Part shown: in pieces, positions 27,032 through 37,991 of the stretch
Layout: every line of letters starts with the position of its first letter
Position numbering within the stretch: position 1 is the stretch's first letter
Origin: Pseudomonadales bacterium
Lineage (GTDB): Bacteria > Pseudomonadota > Gammaproteobacteria > Pseudomonadales > CAWVSB01
NCBI GenBank assembly: GCA_036960375.1
Contig: JBALVY010000011.1
Coordinates: 69,290 to 133,289, forward strand
Length of the DNA stretch: 64,000 nt
Reading direction: 5' to 3'
The notes under the pieces: generated by a model
What the model saw: only the letters and a program-made list of their open reading frames with translations
Database searches by the model: none
Told to the model about the DNA's origin: nothing
Made by a program: the position numbers and the translations under genes

Positions 27032-29700
27032 AGCGCCACCTTCTGTGCCAAATTGATACGACAAACTGGGGCATAGTCGCAATAATTACAGGACGCTGCG
27101 GTATGCGGATCAACACTCGCACGGCCGTCAGTATATTCATTTGCCAGCAGTGTGAGCTCCGTCAGCCATTGTTCTTCCAATGCGGCCCAATCAGCCAGCG
27201 GCGGATCAAGCCTCATGTCATCAAGAGCCTTAATCTGGTCTAACTCCAGTGCATCGGCGCTCACTCCCTGAAACGCCAGCCCGTCGCTGCGCAAACTGGC
27301 AACTGCTACCCCCGCCACCGGCCCGCTTTGTCGAAGTGTCAGTTCATAGAGTGGTATTTGAGGATCCTGCGGCCGTGGTTTGAGCCAGCCGGTCGGGTTT
27401 ACCAGACCGGTCTTGTAATCAATCAGCAGTAGTCGCCCATCAGATAAGCGATCGACTCGGTCGAGCCGTTGGCGCCAGGTAATATTGCCGAGTTCAAGAC
27501 TGTAATCCTGTTCGGTCGTCACTATTTCAAATGGCGGCCTTTGCGCCTCTAACTCCAGCCATTTAACCAGCAGTTTATGCAAGCGCAGCCTTTCCAATTC
27601 TGCCAATTTACGCGGAATTGTATCCAAACGACGATTCTCAATAGCTGCAAGCCCAAGCTCCACCGCTTCTCCAATCTTGCTGTCCAACTCGCCATTTTTT
27701 GCCTCCAAAAGTGCCTGTTGCGATGTATAGACACCCCACAAATACTCCAGTGCGCGATGTACCGCAGTACCCTTCTCGGCCGGAGTCAGCCCTGTATAGG
27801 GCTCATCCAGAGCACGAATTTTAAGCCGATGGCTAAGATAAGCCTTAAACGGGCACGCAGCCTGATCACGTAAGGCCGCGCTATTGCCAGCTCCGGCAAG
27901 TAAAAATGCTTTTCCGTTTTCGTCCTGCACGGTCTCGCTGGTAGATGATGTCTCGAACAGAAAATGCTCGGGAGTATCTGGCGGCACAACGCTTACTGGC
28001 CATTGTTCATCTGATGCTAACAAGGGGCTCAGCTGACACACGACATCGTCCTGTACCCTGGGATAACTAATCACCAAATGAGAACTTGAATGGGTAAAAC
28101 CGCGACTCAGGCGGATACTGTAGTCCAGCTCTCGTTCAACGCTGGCATTAGGCATACCCAAACGCACCTGCAATTCGAGAGGCAATAGTGGGTGGGGTCG
28201 AGGCGGCCTGGGCCACTGGCGATCACCCATACCTACCAGCCAGAGGTAATCGAAACCCTGGCCACTGGCCTCCAGGCCACCCAATAACTGAACCTGCGCA
28301 GATTGAGTCTGGCGATGATATACAGTCTCCTGCATGTGTCGGGCAAGCAGTTCCAGCGCTGAGCGCACCGAAAACGTATTACCGAGAGCACCAAACATCG
28401 AGAAGTCTTCTATTGCCTGCAACCAGGCCTGATGCTGCTGGTATTCGTCACTGCTAAGAGATCGTCCTTGCGGCCATCCCCAAACAGACAGCACGTCATT
28501 GGCATGTGCAAGCCAGGCCTCGACCGAAACCGGCTTAAAACCCCTAACTGCCGTGCTTACCTGCGTCAATGTATCTGCCAGCCCTTGCAATTGAGGCCCG
28601 GCCCGGGTAACCAATTGCTTCACTGTGGCCAGCGATACCTGAGACACGCGCAGACCAAATAATGCGTCTACCAAACCACTGCGGGATTCAGCCGGTTGAC
28701 CCATATCCAAGTGCGGGCTGTACAGTAGCTGAAGCCACTGCTCTATGCTTAACGGGCGATAGGCTGCGCGTAAGGCCAGCAATGCCGTACTTACCAACGA
28801 GGTGGAGGACAAAGGCTTGCCCGCCGAAATATCGTAACTGTCTATACCGCTTTTTTCAGCCGGTAAGATAGCCTGAGGGTCAAAGCGACGCGCGACCACC
28901 CTCTCTGCTTTTTCACGACAATCGTTGAGATTTTGTACCACGATTGCAATCCGTCTATCCGGATCTTGCGCCTTAAGTGCAAAAGCCCAGTCAGCAGCGA
29001 GCCGTAATTCATGTTCCAGGTCAGTACAGGCAAAAACCTGAGTTGTCTGCGGGCTATAGTGGATTTGAAAGCGGACAAGTCGCTCGGCTACTGAACCAAG
29101 AATATCCAGCTGTAACGGGCTTGGTGCCTCAAACCCTGCCATTACCAGCAATGGTTCGCTGGCCGGCAGAACCGTCAAACTTCGCTGTAAACTGGACAAC
29201 TGGGCTACCGGGCTGCTGGAATTTTGCTGCTTAGCTAAAGCGGCATAGGCTCGATGCCAGTGTAAAAATGCCTCTGTGTCCTCGTTACTATTGAACAAGT
29301 CCTGTTCTGTTTCAGGGTCAAGTTGCCACAGGGTCAATATCTCAGAGGCCTGCTGCGCCATTTTTGCTGTCGCAGCAGGTCTTAGCAAGGTCTCATTATA
29401 GGGCGACTGTGCTACAACCTGCTCCCACAGCAACAGATCCTGAGCGCGGGTCAAAGGTAATTGAGCGGCTATTTTTCCTGTGATCAATTGCTGATTCCAG
29501 AGCTTATAGGCCCAGCTATCTATCGGCAAAATACGTGGCGTAGGCCAGCTGCGCTCTTTTCTTTGTGCTATTTCAGCTTCAATCGCCTTGCTCAGGTAGC
29601 GGCTCATGCGCCGGTTCGGGGTTAAAATCAGCGCTCCGCGCTCAACCAGGGGCAACAGTCTTTCAACAGGCCCCTGAATGTTCTCATCGGCCATCGTCAT
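27028..29700 (-). CDS. addB: AddB-type inactive helicase with PD-(D/E)XK nuclease and 4Fe-4S staple
   Basis: RLDRVD...LIDYKTG nuclease motifs; ACPFKAY and CNYCDYAPVC cysteines; no N-terminal Walker A seen. Confidence 0.8.
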   Translation of the reverse strand: MTMADENIQGPVERLLPLVERGALILTPNRRMSRYLSKAIEAEIAQRKERSWPTPRILPIDSWAYKLWNQQLITGKIAAQLPLTRAQDLLLWEQVVAQSPYNETLLRPAATAKMAQQASEILTLWQLDPETEQDLFNSNEDTEAFLHWHRAYAALAKQQNSSSPVAQLSSLQRSLTVLPASEPLLVMAGFEAPSPLQLDILGSVAERLVRFQIHYSPQTTQVFACTDLEHELRLAADWAFALKAQDPDRRIAIVVQNLNDCREKAERVVARRFDPQAILPAEKSGIDSYDISAGKPLSSTSLVSTALLALRAAYRPLSIEQWLQLLYSPHLDMGQPAESRSGLVDALFGLRVSQVSLATVKQLVTRAGPQLQGLADTLTQVSTAVRGFKPVSVEAWLAHANDVLSVWGWPQGRSLSSDEYQQHQAWLQAIEDFSMFGALGNTFSVRSALELLARHMQETVYHRQTQSAQVQLLGGLEASGQGFDYLWLVGMGDRQWPRPPRPHPLLPLELQVRLGMPNASVERELDYSIRLSRGFTHSSSHLVISYPRVQDDVVCQLSPLLASDEQWPVSVVPPDTPEHFLFETSSTSETVQDENGKAFLLAGAGNSAALRDQAACPFKAYLSHRLKIRALDEPYTGLTPAEKGTAVHRALEYLWGVYTSQQALLEAKNGELDSKIGEAVELGLAAIENRRLDTIPRKLAELERLRLHKLLVKWLELEAQRPPFEIVTTEQDYSLELGNITWRQRLDRVDRLSDGRLLLIDYKTGLVNPTGWLKPRPQDPQIPLYELTLRQSGPVAGVAVASLRSDGLAFQGVSADALELDQIKALDDMRLDPPLADWAALEEQWLTELTLLANEYTDGRASVDPHTAASCNYCDYAPVCRINLAQKVAL

Positions 29701-29894
29701 CAGTAAACGTCCTTATCATTCATGGCCTAATTGTGCGCAGAAACAACTGTGCGGGTCCAGTGCTGTGTCAGCAAATTGACTTCTACGTGCACAGCGCAGG
29801 TGATTTACTATACAATACGCCGCCTCGCGCCACTTGCGGCTGACCCGCAATGGTCTGGAACACTTTTTCCTCACAAAATTAATGGACTTTTTTC

Positions 29895-30965
29895 ATGTCT
29901 ACGGTACTAGAAAACATTAACGTCGAGTCTCAGGATATTCTGATTACTCCAAAAGCGCTCAAAGCCAGCCTACCGGTCGGTGCAGCCAGCGAAAAAACCG
30001 TCGCAGAAAGCCGCGAGGTCCTTCGCAATATTTTGGATGGCACAGATCATCGAATCTTTGTCGTAGTCGGCCCCTGCTCTATCCATGATGTGGATGCAGC
30101 AAAAGATTATGCCAGTCGCCTGAAAATACTCGCTGACGAACTATCCGATACACTGTATATCGTTATGCGTGTCTACTTTGAGAAGCCACGAACTACCGTT
30201 GGTTGGAAAGGTCTTATCAATGACCCGCACCTCAACGATTCGTTTAAAATTGAAGAGGGCCTGCATATTGGCCGTCAACTATTACTCGACGTGACAGCAA
30301 TGGGTTTGCCTACTTCAACCGAGGCATTAGATCCCATCTCGCCCCAGTATCTACAAGACTTGATTACCTGGTCTGCAATCGGCGCACGCACCACGGAATC
30401 TCAAACTCACCGTGAGCTTGCCAGTGGCTTGTCTTGTTCGGTAGGTTTCAAAAACGGTACCGATGGCGGACTGGAAGTGGCGATGAACGCCTTGAACTCA
30501 GTATCAAACCCTCATCGATTTCTGGGTATTAACGGCGAGGGTCAGGTGGCCATCATTCACACTCGCGGCAATGCTCATGCTCACGTCGTATTGCGCGGTG
30601 GTAGCAAAGGGCCCAACTATGACTCGGTACATATTAAAATGACTGAAGCGGCCTTGGGTGAAGCAGGCTTGAAAGCCAATATCATGGTTGATTGCAGCCA
30701 CGCCAATTCAAACAAGGACCACAATCTGCAGCCTCATGTACTTGAGAACGTGGCCAACCAGGTACTTGAGGGCAATACGTCTATCACCAGCGTGATGATC
30801 GAAAGTAATATTGAAGCAGGCAACCAGTCTATCCCTGAAAACCTGGCGGATATGCGCTACGGCGTTTCAGTCACCGATAAATGTATCGACTGGGCAACGA
30901 CTGAAACATCTCTGCGCGCCATGCGGGACAAAATCAAGGATATACTGCCTGCCAGACAGCGGTAA
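29895..30965 (+). CDS. aroG: 3-deoxy-D-arabino-heptulosonate 7-phosphate synthase, class I
   Basis: VGPCSIHD, YFEKPRTTVGWKG, AIGARTTESQ.HR, DCSHANS; feedback isoform not determinable. Confidence 0.93.
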   Translation: MSTVLENINVESQDILITPKALKASLPVGAASEKTVAESREVLRNILDGTDHRIFVVVGPCSIHDVDAAKDYASRLKILADELSDTLYIVMRVYFEKPRTTVGWKGLINDPHLNDSFKIEEGLHIGRQLLLDVTAMGLPTSTEALDPISPQYLQDLITWSAIGARTTESQTHRELASGLSCSVGFKNGTDGGLEVAMNALNSVSNPHRFLGINGEGQVAIIHTRGNAHAHVVLRGGSKGPNYDSVHIKMTEAALGEAGLKANIMVDCSHANSNKDHNLQPHVLENVANQVLEGNTSITSVMIESNIEAGNQSIPENLADMRYGVSVTDKCIDWATTETSLRAMRDKIKDILPARQR

Positions 30966-30977
30966 ATTCTCTGATCT

Positions 30978-31015
30978 AAAAAAAGGCCGGTTTCTCATAG
31001 AAACCGGCCTTTTTT
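30978..31015. terminator. Bidirectional intrinsic terminator between aroG and the aldehyde dehydrogenase
   Basis: A7-GGCCGGTTTCT-cat-AGAAACCGGCC-T6 between convergent genes. Confidence 0.92.
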
Positions 31016-31018
31016 CTT

Positions 31019-32539
31019 TTAGAAAAAACCCAGTGGATTAATATCGTAGCTCACCAGCATATTTTTGGTTTGCTGGTAATGCTCCAACGCCACTTTATGA
31101 GTCTCTCGGCCGATACCTGACTTTTTATAACCGCCGAACGCCGCGTGAGCAGGATAAGCGTGATAGCAATTCACCCACACTCTTCCCGCCTGTATACCCC
31201 GTGCCATACGGAACGCCAGATTCTGGTCCCGAGTCCAGACACCGGCACCAAGGCCATATTCAGTATCATTGGCGATAGCCAGTGCCTCAGCTTCATCTTT
31301 GAAGGTTGTGATACACAGCGTTGGGCCAAAGATCTCCTCCTGGAAAACCCGCATATCATTGGTGCCTTTCAGCAGTGTAGGCTCGACATAGAAACCACCT
31401 GATACTTCGCTGGCAACGTTCGCTTTATTACCACCCATAATGAACTCGGCACCCTCTTCACGCGCCACATCCATATAGGTCATGATTTTATTAAACTGCT
31501 GTTCGGATGCCTGGGCGCCGACCATCGTGTCGGTATCCAACGGATTACCCTGAATAATTTGCTTCGCCCTTTCCATCAATTTTTCCATGAAGGCGTCATA
31601 GATACTTTCTTGAACTAGAGCACGGGATGGGCAGGTACACACTTCACCCTGATTAAAGAAACCCAGTAACAGGCCCTCTACACATTTACTGATGTATTCC
31701 TCCTCGTGGTTCATGATGTCTGCGAAATAGATATTTGGAGACTTGCCCCCAAGCTCAACACTAGAAGGAATCAAACTCTTGGCCGCATTGGCAAGAATCA
31801 GGTGTCCGGTTGCAGTAGAACCGGTAAAAGCGATTTTGGCAATACGGTCGCTACTCGCCAGAGCGTTACCAATTTCACTACCGAAGCCGTTTAATATATT
31901 GACGGTCCCCGCAGGCAATAGATCTGAAATTATTTCCATTAATACTAATATCGAACAGGGTGTCTGTTCGGCAGGTTTGAGAATCACGCAGTTGCCGCCC
32001 GCTAAAGCAGGTGCCAGCTTCCAGCCTGCCATCAGCAGGGGGAAATTCCACGGAATGATCTGACCCACAACACCCAGCGGCTCGTGAAAGTGATAGGCCA
32101 CGGTATTCGCATCTATGTCTGCCGCCGTACCTTCCTGGGCTCGAATACAACCGGCAAAATAACGAAAATGATCCACCAATAAAGGCATATCAGCATTTAG
32201 TGTTTCACGAATACCTTTGCCATTATCCCAGGTTTCTACATAAGCCAGCACTTCAAGATTAGCCTCGATACGGTCCGCTATCTTTAACAGTATATTGGAA
32301 CGCTCGGTAGCAGAGGTTTTGCCCCAGGCAGGCGCCGCAGCGTGGGCCGCATCAAGAGCCAAATCCAGGTCGGCTTGCGTAGAACGTGGTATCTCACAAA
32401 ATTCTGCACCAGTCACAGGCGTCACGTTGTTAAAGTATTGACCATCGGCGGGCGCAACCCACTCTCCGCCGATAAAATTCTCATAACGACTTTTAAACGA
32501 AAAGATTGCATCAGCACTACCGGGCATTGCATATATCAT
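31019..32539 (-). CDS. aldB: NAD-dependent aldehyde dehydrogenase (AldB/ExaC type)
   Basis: [39 protein letters not shown]; GAGG SD before MIYAMP. Confidence 0.9.
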   Translation of the reverse strand: MIYAMPGSADAIFSFKSRYENFIGGEWVAPADGQYFNNVTPVTGAEFCEIPRSTQADLDLALDAAHAAAPAWGKTSATERSNILLKIADRIEANLEVLAYVETWDNGKGIRETLNADMPLLVDHFRYFAGCIRAQEGTAADIDANTVAYHFHEPLGVVGQIIPWNFPLLMAGWKLAPALAGGNCVILKPAEQTPCSILVLMEIISDLLPAGTVNILNGFGSEIGNALASSDRIAKIAFTGSTATGHLILANAAKSLIPSSVELGGKSPNIYFADIMNHEEEYISKCVEGLLLGFFNQGEVCTCPSRALVQESIYDAFMEKLMERAKQIIQGNPLDTDTMVGAQASEQQFNKIMTYMDVAREEGAEFIMGGNKANVASEVSGGFYVEPTLLKGTNDMRVFQEEIFGPTLCITTFKDEAEALAIANDTEYGLGAGVWTRDQNLAFRMARGIQAGRVWVNCYHAYPAHAAFGGYKKSGIGRETHKVALEHYQQTKNMLVSYDINPLGFF

Positions 32540-32784
32540 TTTGGTATCCTCTACGTTAATTTTTTGTTTTCGCAAAACAGACTCAAATAGGAGCTCCCCC
32601 AAAACCTTCTTAAAGCTTTGGACGACATTCACTAGCCAGATATTAGTCTTAAGCCTAATAAATCTAGTAGTGTTTTACGAATATGTCATTATTTTGGCCC
32701 GCATTAAGTCTGAAATCCGGGTGCACACCTCAAAAAGGCAACTATTTACCCATCTAATCGATCACATTGGGTACCGCCAAAAAC

Positions 32785-32811
32785 AAAAAAAGGCAGCCGA
32801 TGGCTGCCTTT
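32785..32811 (-). terminator. Intrinsic terminator of nfuA
   Basis: AAGGCAGCC-gat-GGCTGCCTT stem with a U-run on the minus strand. Confidence 0.85.
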
Positions 32812-32831
32812 CGAGATAACACCCGCAAAGA

Positions 32832-33419
32832 TTACTTGAAATAGGCGTTATCACGCACAGAATGGTCGGTTATGTCACGAACGCCCGCCAGCTGAGGTAA
32901 ATTCTCCATCAGTGTCTTTTCAACTCCACCCTTCAAAGTGGCATCAACCATACCGCAACCCTGACATCCGCCGCCAAACTGCAAAATCGCGAATTGATCT
33001 TCGGTAATCTCCATTAGGCTGACTTCACCACCATGGGAGGCCAACGAAGGGTTTATCTCGTTAGCCAGAAGGTAATTTACCCGATCTTCCAAGGGGCTAT
33101 CGTCACCAATTTTGGGCATTTTGGAGTTGGGGGCTTTAATCGTCAGCTGACCGCCAAATTTATCAGAGGAATAATCTACCGTTGCCTCATCCAGAAACGG
33201 AATGCTACGCTTCTCGAAATAGCCGGTAAAGCCGGCATAGTCGATCTTTTCGTCTTCTTCGGCGTCATCCCCGGGGCGACAGTAAGCAATACAGGTTTCC
33301 GCTTTAGGCGTGCCTGGACTATTCACAAACATACGGATACCTAATACGTCATCACCCTGCTTGGTGAGCAAACTCGCCAAATATTCCTGAGCTGATTCGG
33401 TGATTGAAATATTTACCAT
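32832..33419 (-). CDS. nfuA: Fe-S biogenesis protein NfuA
   Basis: Degenerate A-type N-domain (PGTPKAETC) and Nfu domain INPSLASHGG...FGGGCQGC. Confidence 0.96.
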   Translation of the reverse strand: MVNISITESAQEYLASLLTKQGDDVLGIRMFVNSPGTPKAETCIAYCRPGDDAEEDEKIDYAGFTGYFEKRSIPFLDEATVDYSSDKFGGQLTIKAPNSKMPKIGDDSPLEDRVNYLLANEINPSLASHGGEVSLMEITEDQFAILQFGGGCQGCGMVDATLKGGVEKTLMENLPQLAGVRDITDHSVRDNAYFK

Positions 33420-33579
33420 TGATCTAATCTTCCCGTGCTTTTACGTAGATAGTGATTATACCCCTTTTTTCTTCAAGCTTATCCATAAAGCTTGCAGGGA
33501 TTCTAAGTGATTTTCGCCCTAATAGCGCGTTTTCTGCTAGAATTGCGCGCCATTATTCCCGGACATACACGAAACCAGC

Positions 33580-36500
33580 ATGACAACGACTTCGACCGAA
33601 AGACAAACCGCCCTAAAGGCAGCCCTGAAACAGCGTATCCTTATTATTGATGGCGCGATGGGCACCATGATCCAGGAATATAAACTGGTAGAAGCGGACT
33701 ATCGCGGGGAAAGATTTGCCAGCCACCATAAAGACTTAAAGGGGAATAATGACCTGCTCACGCTGACCAAGCCCGATATTGTGCGCGATATACACAAAGC
33801 CTTTCTGGATGCTGGCTCAGATATTATTGAAACCAACAGTTTCAACTCAACGGCCGTGGCCCAGGGCGACTACGATCTGCAAGAACTTGCCTACGAGCTT
33901 AATGTTGAGAGCACGCGTATCGCACGCGAAGTCGCGGATGAAGTGACACGATCAAACCCTGAAAAACCCCGCTTTGTCGCCGGTGTATTGGGGCCAACAC
34001 CCCGTACTGCGTCAATTTCACCAGACGTTAATGATCCGAGTGCGCGCAATATCACCTTTGATCAACTGGTAGAAGATTATTACCTGGCCACCGGGGGCCT
34101 GATTGACGGTGGCGCCGACATCATTCTGATAGAAACTATATTTGACGCCCTCAACGCCAAGGCCGCCATATTTGCGGTGAAAAAGTGTTTCGACGATAAG
34201 GCTATCGAGCTGCCTATAATGATATCGGTGACCTTTCCGGATGTATCCGGACGTATCCTCTCCGGCCAAACTCCGGAAGCCTTCTGGAACGCTATCGCAC
34301 ATGCTCGACCACTCATCGTAGGCACCAACTGCGGACGCCGCTTTAAAGAAGTCAGGCCTTTTGCGGAAGAACTGTCCAATGCCGCGGATTGCTATTTCAG
34401 TGGGCATTTCAATGCAGGCCTACCCAATGCCTTCGGCGAATACGATGAAACACCCGAGGACATGCACGACGAACTGGCAGATTTCGCCCAGCGCGGCTTT
34501 CTCAACCTTGTCGGTGGTTGCTGCGGTACCACACCAGACCATATTCGAGCCATAGCTGCGGCTGTGGCAGACAAATCACCGCGTAAGCTGCCTCAGCATG
34601 AAGTAGCCTGTCGCCTCAGCGGCCTGGAACCCTTCAGTATTACCGCCGATTCCCTATTCGTTAACGTGGGTGAGCGCTGTAATGTCACCGGCTCTGCCCG
34701 TTTCAAGCGGCTGATCATAGAGGAAGATTACACCACGGCGTTAGAAGTTGCTCTGCAGCAGGTACAGGATGGCGCGCAGATCATCGATATCAACATGGAT
34801 GAAGGCATGCTCGACGCCAAAGCGGCGATGGTGAAATTCCTTAACCTTATCGCCACAGAACCTGACATCTGTCGGGTGCCCATCATGGTCGACTCATCCA
34901 AATGGGACATCATAGAAGCGGGCCTGAAATGCATCCAGGGTAAGTCTGTAGTGAATTCCATCAGCCTGAAGGAAGGCGAAGAGGAATTCATTGAAAGAGC
35001 CACCCTGTGTCTGCGCTATGGCGCTGCGGTGGTAGTCATGGCATTTGATGAGGATGGCCAGGCCGATACGCTGGATCGCAAAAAGGAGATCTGTAAACGC
35101 TCCTACGACATCCTGGTCGATAAGCTCGGCTTTGCACCGCAGGATATTATTTTCGACCCCAATATTTTTGCCGTAGCCACCGGTATCGATGAGCACAACA
35201 ACTACGCCGTCGATTTTATCGAAGCTTGTCGCTACATTAAAAGCGAGCTACCCCACGCGCTGATATCTGGCGGCGTCAGTAATGTCTCATTCTCTTTTCG
35301 CGGCAATAATCCAGTACGAGAGGCTATTCACTCAGTTTTCCTCTATTACGCGATCAAAGCCGGCTTGGGCATGGGCATTGTGAACGCGGGCCAACTGGCG
35401 GTATATGATGATCTACCCAAGGAATTACGCGACTGTGTTGAAGCCGTCATTCTCAATAAAAACGACGACACCACTGAACAGTTACTCAATATTGCGGATA
35501 AGTACAAGGGTGACGGAAGTATCGGACCACGCGAAGAAGACCTCGCATGGCGAGAACTGCCGGTCATAAAGCGCCTCGAGCACGCGCTGGTTAAGGGCAT
35601 AACAAGCTTTATTATAGAGGACACCGAACAGGCCCGACAGGAGGCAGACAAACCCATTGAAGTTATTGAAGGGCCTCTAATGGATGGTATGAACGTCGTC
35701 GGCGACCTGTTTGGCGAAGGCAAAATGTTTCTACCCCAGGTAGTAAAAAGCGCCCGCGTTATGAAGCAGGCGGTTGCCTATTTACAGCCTTATATAGAAG
35801 ACGATAAAACCGAAGGTAGCCGTACCAATGGCACCATTATCATGGCTACGGTCAAAGGTGACGTACACGATATCGGCAAAAATATTGTCGGCGTCGTGCT
35901 GCAGTGTAATAACTTTGAAGTAATCGATCTGGGCGTCATGGTGTCCTGCGACCGCATTCTCGCCGCGGCTAAGGAACATAACGCCGATATCGTCGGGCTG
36001 AGCGGACTCATTACCCCTTCGCTGGACGAAATGGTCCACGTGGCCGAAGAAATGCAGCGACTGGATTTCGACCTACCGCTGCTGATTGGGGGCGCCACCA
36101 CGTCCAAGGCCCACACCGCAGTAAAAATTCAGCCCCGTTATAGCAATGACATGACCGTTTATGTGCCGGACGCCTCACGCAGCGTATCGGTAGCTACCGC
36201 CATGCTCAGTGATAACCAGAAAGAGAATTTTGTTCAGGCAAGACAGGAAGAGTACGACAAAATTCGTATTCGCAACGCCAACCGGCGCCCCAAGGGCCAG
36301 CAATTGACGATTGAACAGGCGCGCATAAACTCGCCCCTGATTAACTGGGAAGGCTATCAAGCACCCAAGCCGTCTTTTACCGGTGTCAAGGCGCTAGAGA
36401 ATTACCCGCTCGAAGAATTGATAGCCACCCTGGACTGGACGCCATTCTTCATGACCTGGGAGCTGGCGGGCAAATATCCTGCCATTTTGGAAGATGAGAA

Positions 36501-37281
36501 GGTGGGCGAAGCCGCGCGCAATCTATTTGCCGATGCACAAGCCATACTCAAAACCCTGGTCAATGGCAAGCAGATAACTGCCTCAGCTGTTATAGGCTTT
36601 TGGCCGGCAGCAAGCGATGGTGATGATGTTGTCGTATATGCCGATGAAAGCCGAACTGAAAAACTGACCACGCTATACCATTTGCGCCAGCAAACGGCCA
36701 AAGCGGGCGATAAACCCAATTACTGCCTATCCGACTTTATCGCGCCGGTAGATAGCGGCATCAAGGATTATATCGGTGGTTTTGTGGTGACCGCTGGCAT
36801 CGGTGTAGAAGAGATAGCGGCTAAATTAGAGGCAGATCTCAACGACTATGACGCCATTCTGGTCAAGGCGTTGGCTGACCGGCTCGCCGAATCCTTTGCT
36901 GAGCATATGCATCAGCGGGTGCGCAAAGAATTCTGGGCCTATGCCGCAGATGAAACTCTGAGTAACCAGGACCTGATCAAGGAGCAATATCAGGGCATTC
37001 GCCCTGCTCCAGGCTACCCCGCTTGTCCGGATCATACGGAAAAAACCGCTTTGTTTGAGCTGTTGGATGCGACCAACAATATCTCCGTTGTATTGACAGA
37101 GCACATGGCAATGACCCCTGCCGCATCGGTCAGCGGTTTTTACTATTCTCACCCTGAATCCTGTTATTTCGGTCTGGGTAAAATAGGCAAAGATCAGGTA
37201 AGCGATCAAGCTGAGCGGCGAAATATGGACCTGGCAGTACTTGAACGCTGGTTATCGCCCACTTTGTCCTACGACCGCTAG
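33580..37281 (+). CDS. metH: Cobalamin-dependent methionine synthase
   Basis: [35 protein letters not shown] cobalamin motif, [10 protein letters not shown]. Confidence 0.97.
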   Translation: MTTTSTERQTALKAALKQRILIIDGAMGTMIQEYKLVEADYRGERFASHHKDLKGNNDLLTLTKPDIVRDIHKAFLDAGSDIIETNSFNSTAVAQGDYDLQELAYELNVESTRIAREVADEVTRSNPEKPRFVAGVLGPTPRTASISPDVNDPSARNITFDQLVEDYYLATGGLIDGGADIILIETIFDALNAKAAIFAVKKCFDDKAIELPIMISVTFPDVSGRILSGQTPEAFWNAIAHARPLIVGTNCGRRFKEVRPFAEELSNAADCYFSGHFNAGLPNAFGEYDETPEDMHDELADFAQRGFLNLVGGCCGTTPDHIRAIAAAVADKSPRKLPQHEVACRLSGLEPFSITADSLFVNVGERCNVTGSARFKRLIIEEDYTTALEVALQQVQDGAQIIDINMDEGMLDAKAAMVKFLNLIATEPDICRVPIMVDSSKWDIIEAGLKCIQGKSVVNSISLKEGEEEFIERATLCLRYGAAVVVMAFDEDGQADTLDRKKEICKRSYDILVDKLGFAPQDIIFDPNIFAVATGIDEHNNYAVDFIEACRYIKSELPHALISGGVSNVSFSFRGNNPVREAIHSVFLYYAIKAGLGMGIVNAGQLAVYDDLPKELRDCVEAVILNKNDDTTEQLLNIADKYKGDGSIGPREEDLAWRELPVIKRLEHALVKGITSFIIEDTEQARQEADKPIEVIEGPLMDGMNVVGDLFGEGKMFLPQVVKSARVMKQAVAYLQPYIEDDKTEGSRTNGTIIMATVKGDVHDIGKNIVGVVLQCNNFEVIDLGVMVSCDRILAAAKEHNADIVGLSGLITPSLDEMVHVAEEMQRLDFDLPLLIGGATTSKAHTAVKIQPRYSNDMTVYVPDASRSVSVATAMLSDNQKENFVQARQEEYDKIRIRNANRRPKGQQLTIEQARINSPLINWEGYQAPKPSFTGVKALENYPLEELIATLDWTPFFMTWELAGKYPAILEDEKVGEAARNLFADAQAILKTLVNGKQITASAVIGFWPAASDGDDVVVYADESRTEKLTTLYHLRQQTAKAGDKPNYCLSDFIAPVDSGIKDYIGGFVVTAGIGVEEIAAKLEADLNDYDAILVKALADRLAESFAEHMHQRVRKEFWAYAADETLSNQDLIKEQYQGIRPAPGYPACPDHTEKTALFELLDATNNISVVLTEHMAMTPAASVSGFYYSHPESCYFGLGKIGKDQVSDQAERRNMDLAVLERWLSPTLSYDR

Positions 37282-37367
37282 GTAGCGCATAACCAGTACG
37301 GAAATCTATATGATATTATGGCAGTAGCAAAGCGGGGTCGAAATGAAGATAGAATATGGGGTGAGAC

Positions 37368-37589
37368 GTGGATAAGACACCTGATAGCGAAAAAAAGAAA
37401 CCGGGGTTTTTTCAGGTTGTAAGCAGTGTTATGGCCGCCGGTATTGGCGTGCAAAGCAGTAAAAATCGCGAACGTGACTTCGAAAATGGCAGCCCTGTCG
37501 TATTTATCGTTGCCGGCCTGATTTTCACCGTAATCTTTATCGCAACGGTAGTTACAATAGTATCCACCGTATTATCCAAGGCGGGCTAG
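37368..37589 (+). CDS. DUF2970 family small membrane protein
   Basis: FFQVVSSVMAAGIGVQSSKNRERDF signature; GTG start. Confidence 0.88.
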   Translation: MDKTPDSEKKKPGFFQVVSSVMAAGIGVQSSKNRERDFENGSPVVFIVAGLIFTVIFIATVVTIVSTVLSKAG

Positions 37590-37593
37590 CAAC

Positions 37594-37617
37594 AAAAAAG
37601 GCAGCCAAGGCTGCCTT
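37594..37617 (-). terminator. Intrinsic terminator, U-tract on the minus strand
   Basis: A6-GGCAGCC-aa-GGCTGCC-TT; polarity fits a minus-strand transcript ending here. Confidence 0.8.
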
Positions 37618-37639
37618 CTCTATAATGACTATGAATTGT

Positions 37640-37759
37640 CTAGGTCTGGTTTAATAACCAAACACAGGCAGTCACTACTGCAATGGTAATAACAGCTATC
37701 GTGGCAATTGCATCTGCCTTCGAATCGCTTTGTGCTTCTACGCTCTGCTTTAATTCCAT
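37640..37759 (-). CDS. 39-aa single-pass membrane protein (not in ORF track)
   Basis: MELKQSVEAQSDSKADAIATIAVITIAVVTACVWLLNQT*; followed by a minus-strand terminator. Confidence 0.7.
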   Translation of the reverse strand: MELKQSVEAQSDSKADAIATIAVITIAVVTACVWLLNQT

Positions 37760-37991
37760 GGTAATGTCCAAACGGTGGTTTCTACGGGATACAGCCCGCC
37801 AAGGCTGCGCGCATTATGCCCCAAGGCCAGCGGCCTCACAAGCAGGTTATAAGCTTATGAACAACTGGCTATTTTTTTGCATGCAAAGTTCTGGTATTGT
37901 GGCGGCCCTATTGGCTTTCCTGCTTGAAATCCATTGATTTTCAATGCTTTTTCTCGACCAACGAGGACACTGCGGTATTCCGCGTAAAACT

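Noticed and set aside
32785-37617. Near-identical hairpins GGCAGCC..GGCTGCC at ~32792 and ~37600 as a possible repeat family
   Set aside because: Both have U-tracts and sit at gene ends; ordinary intrinsic terminators.
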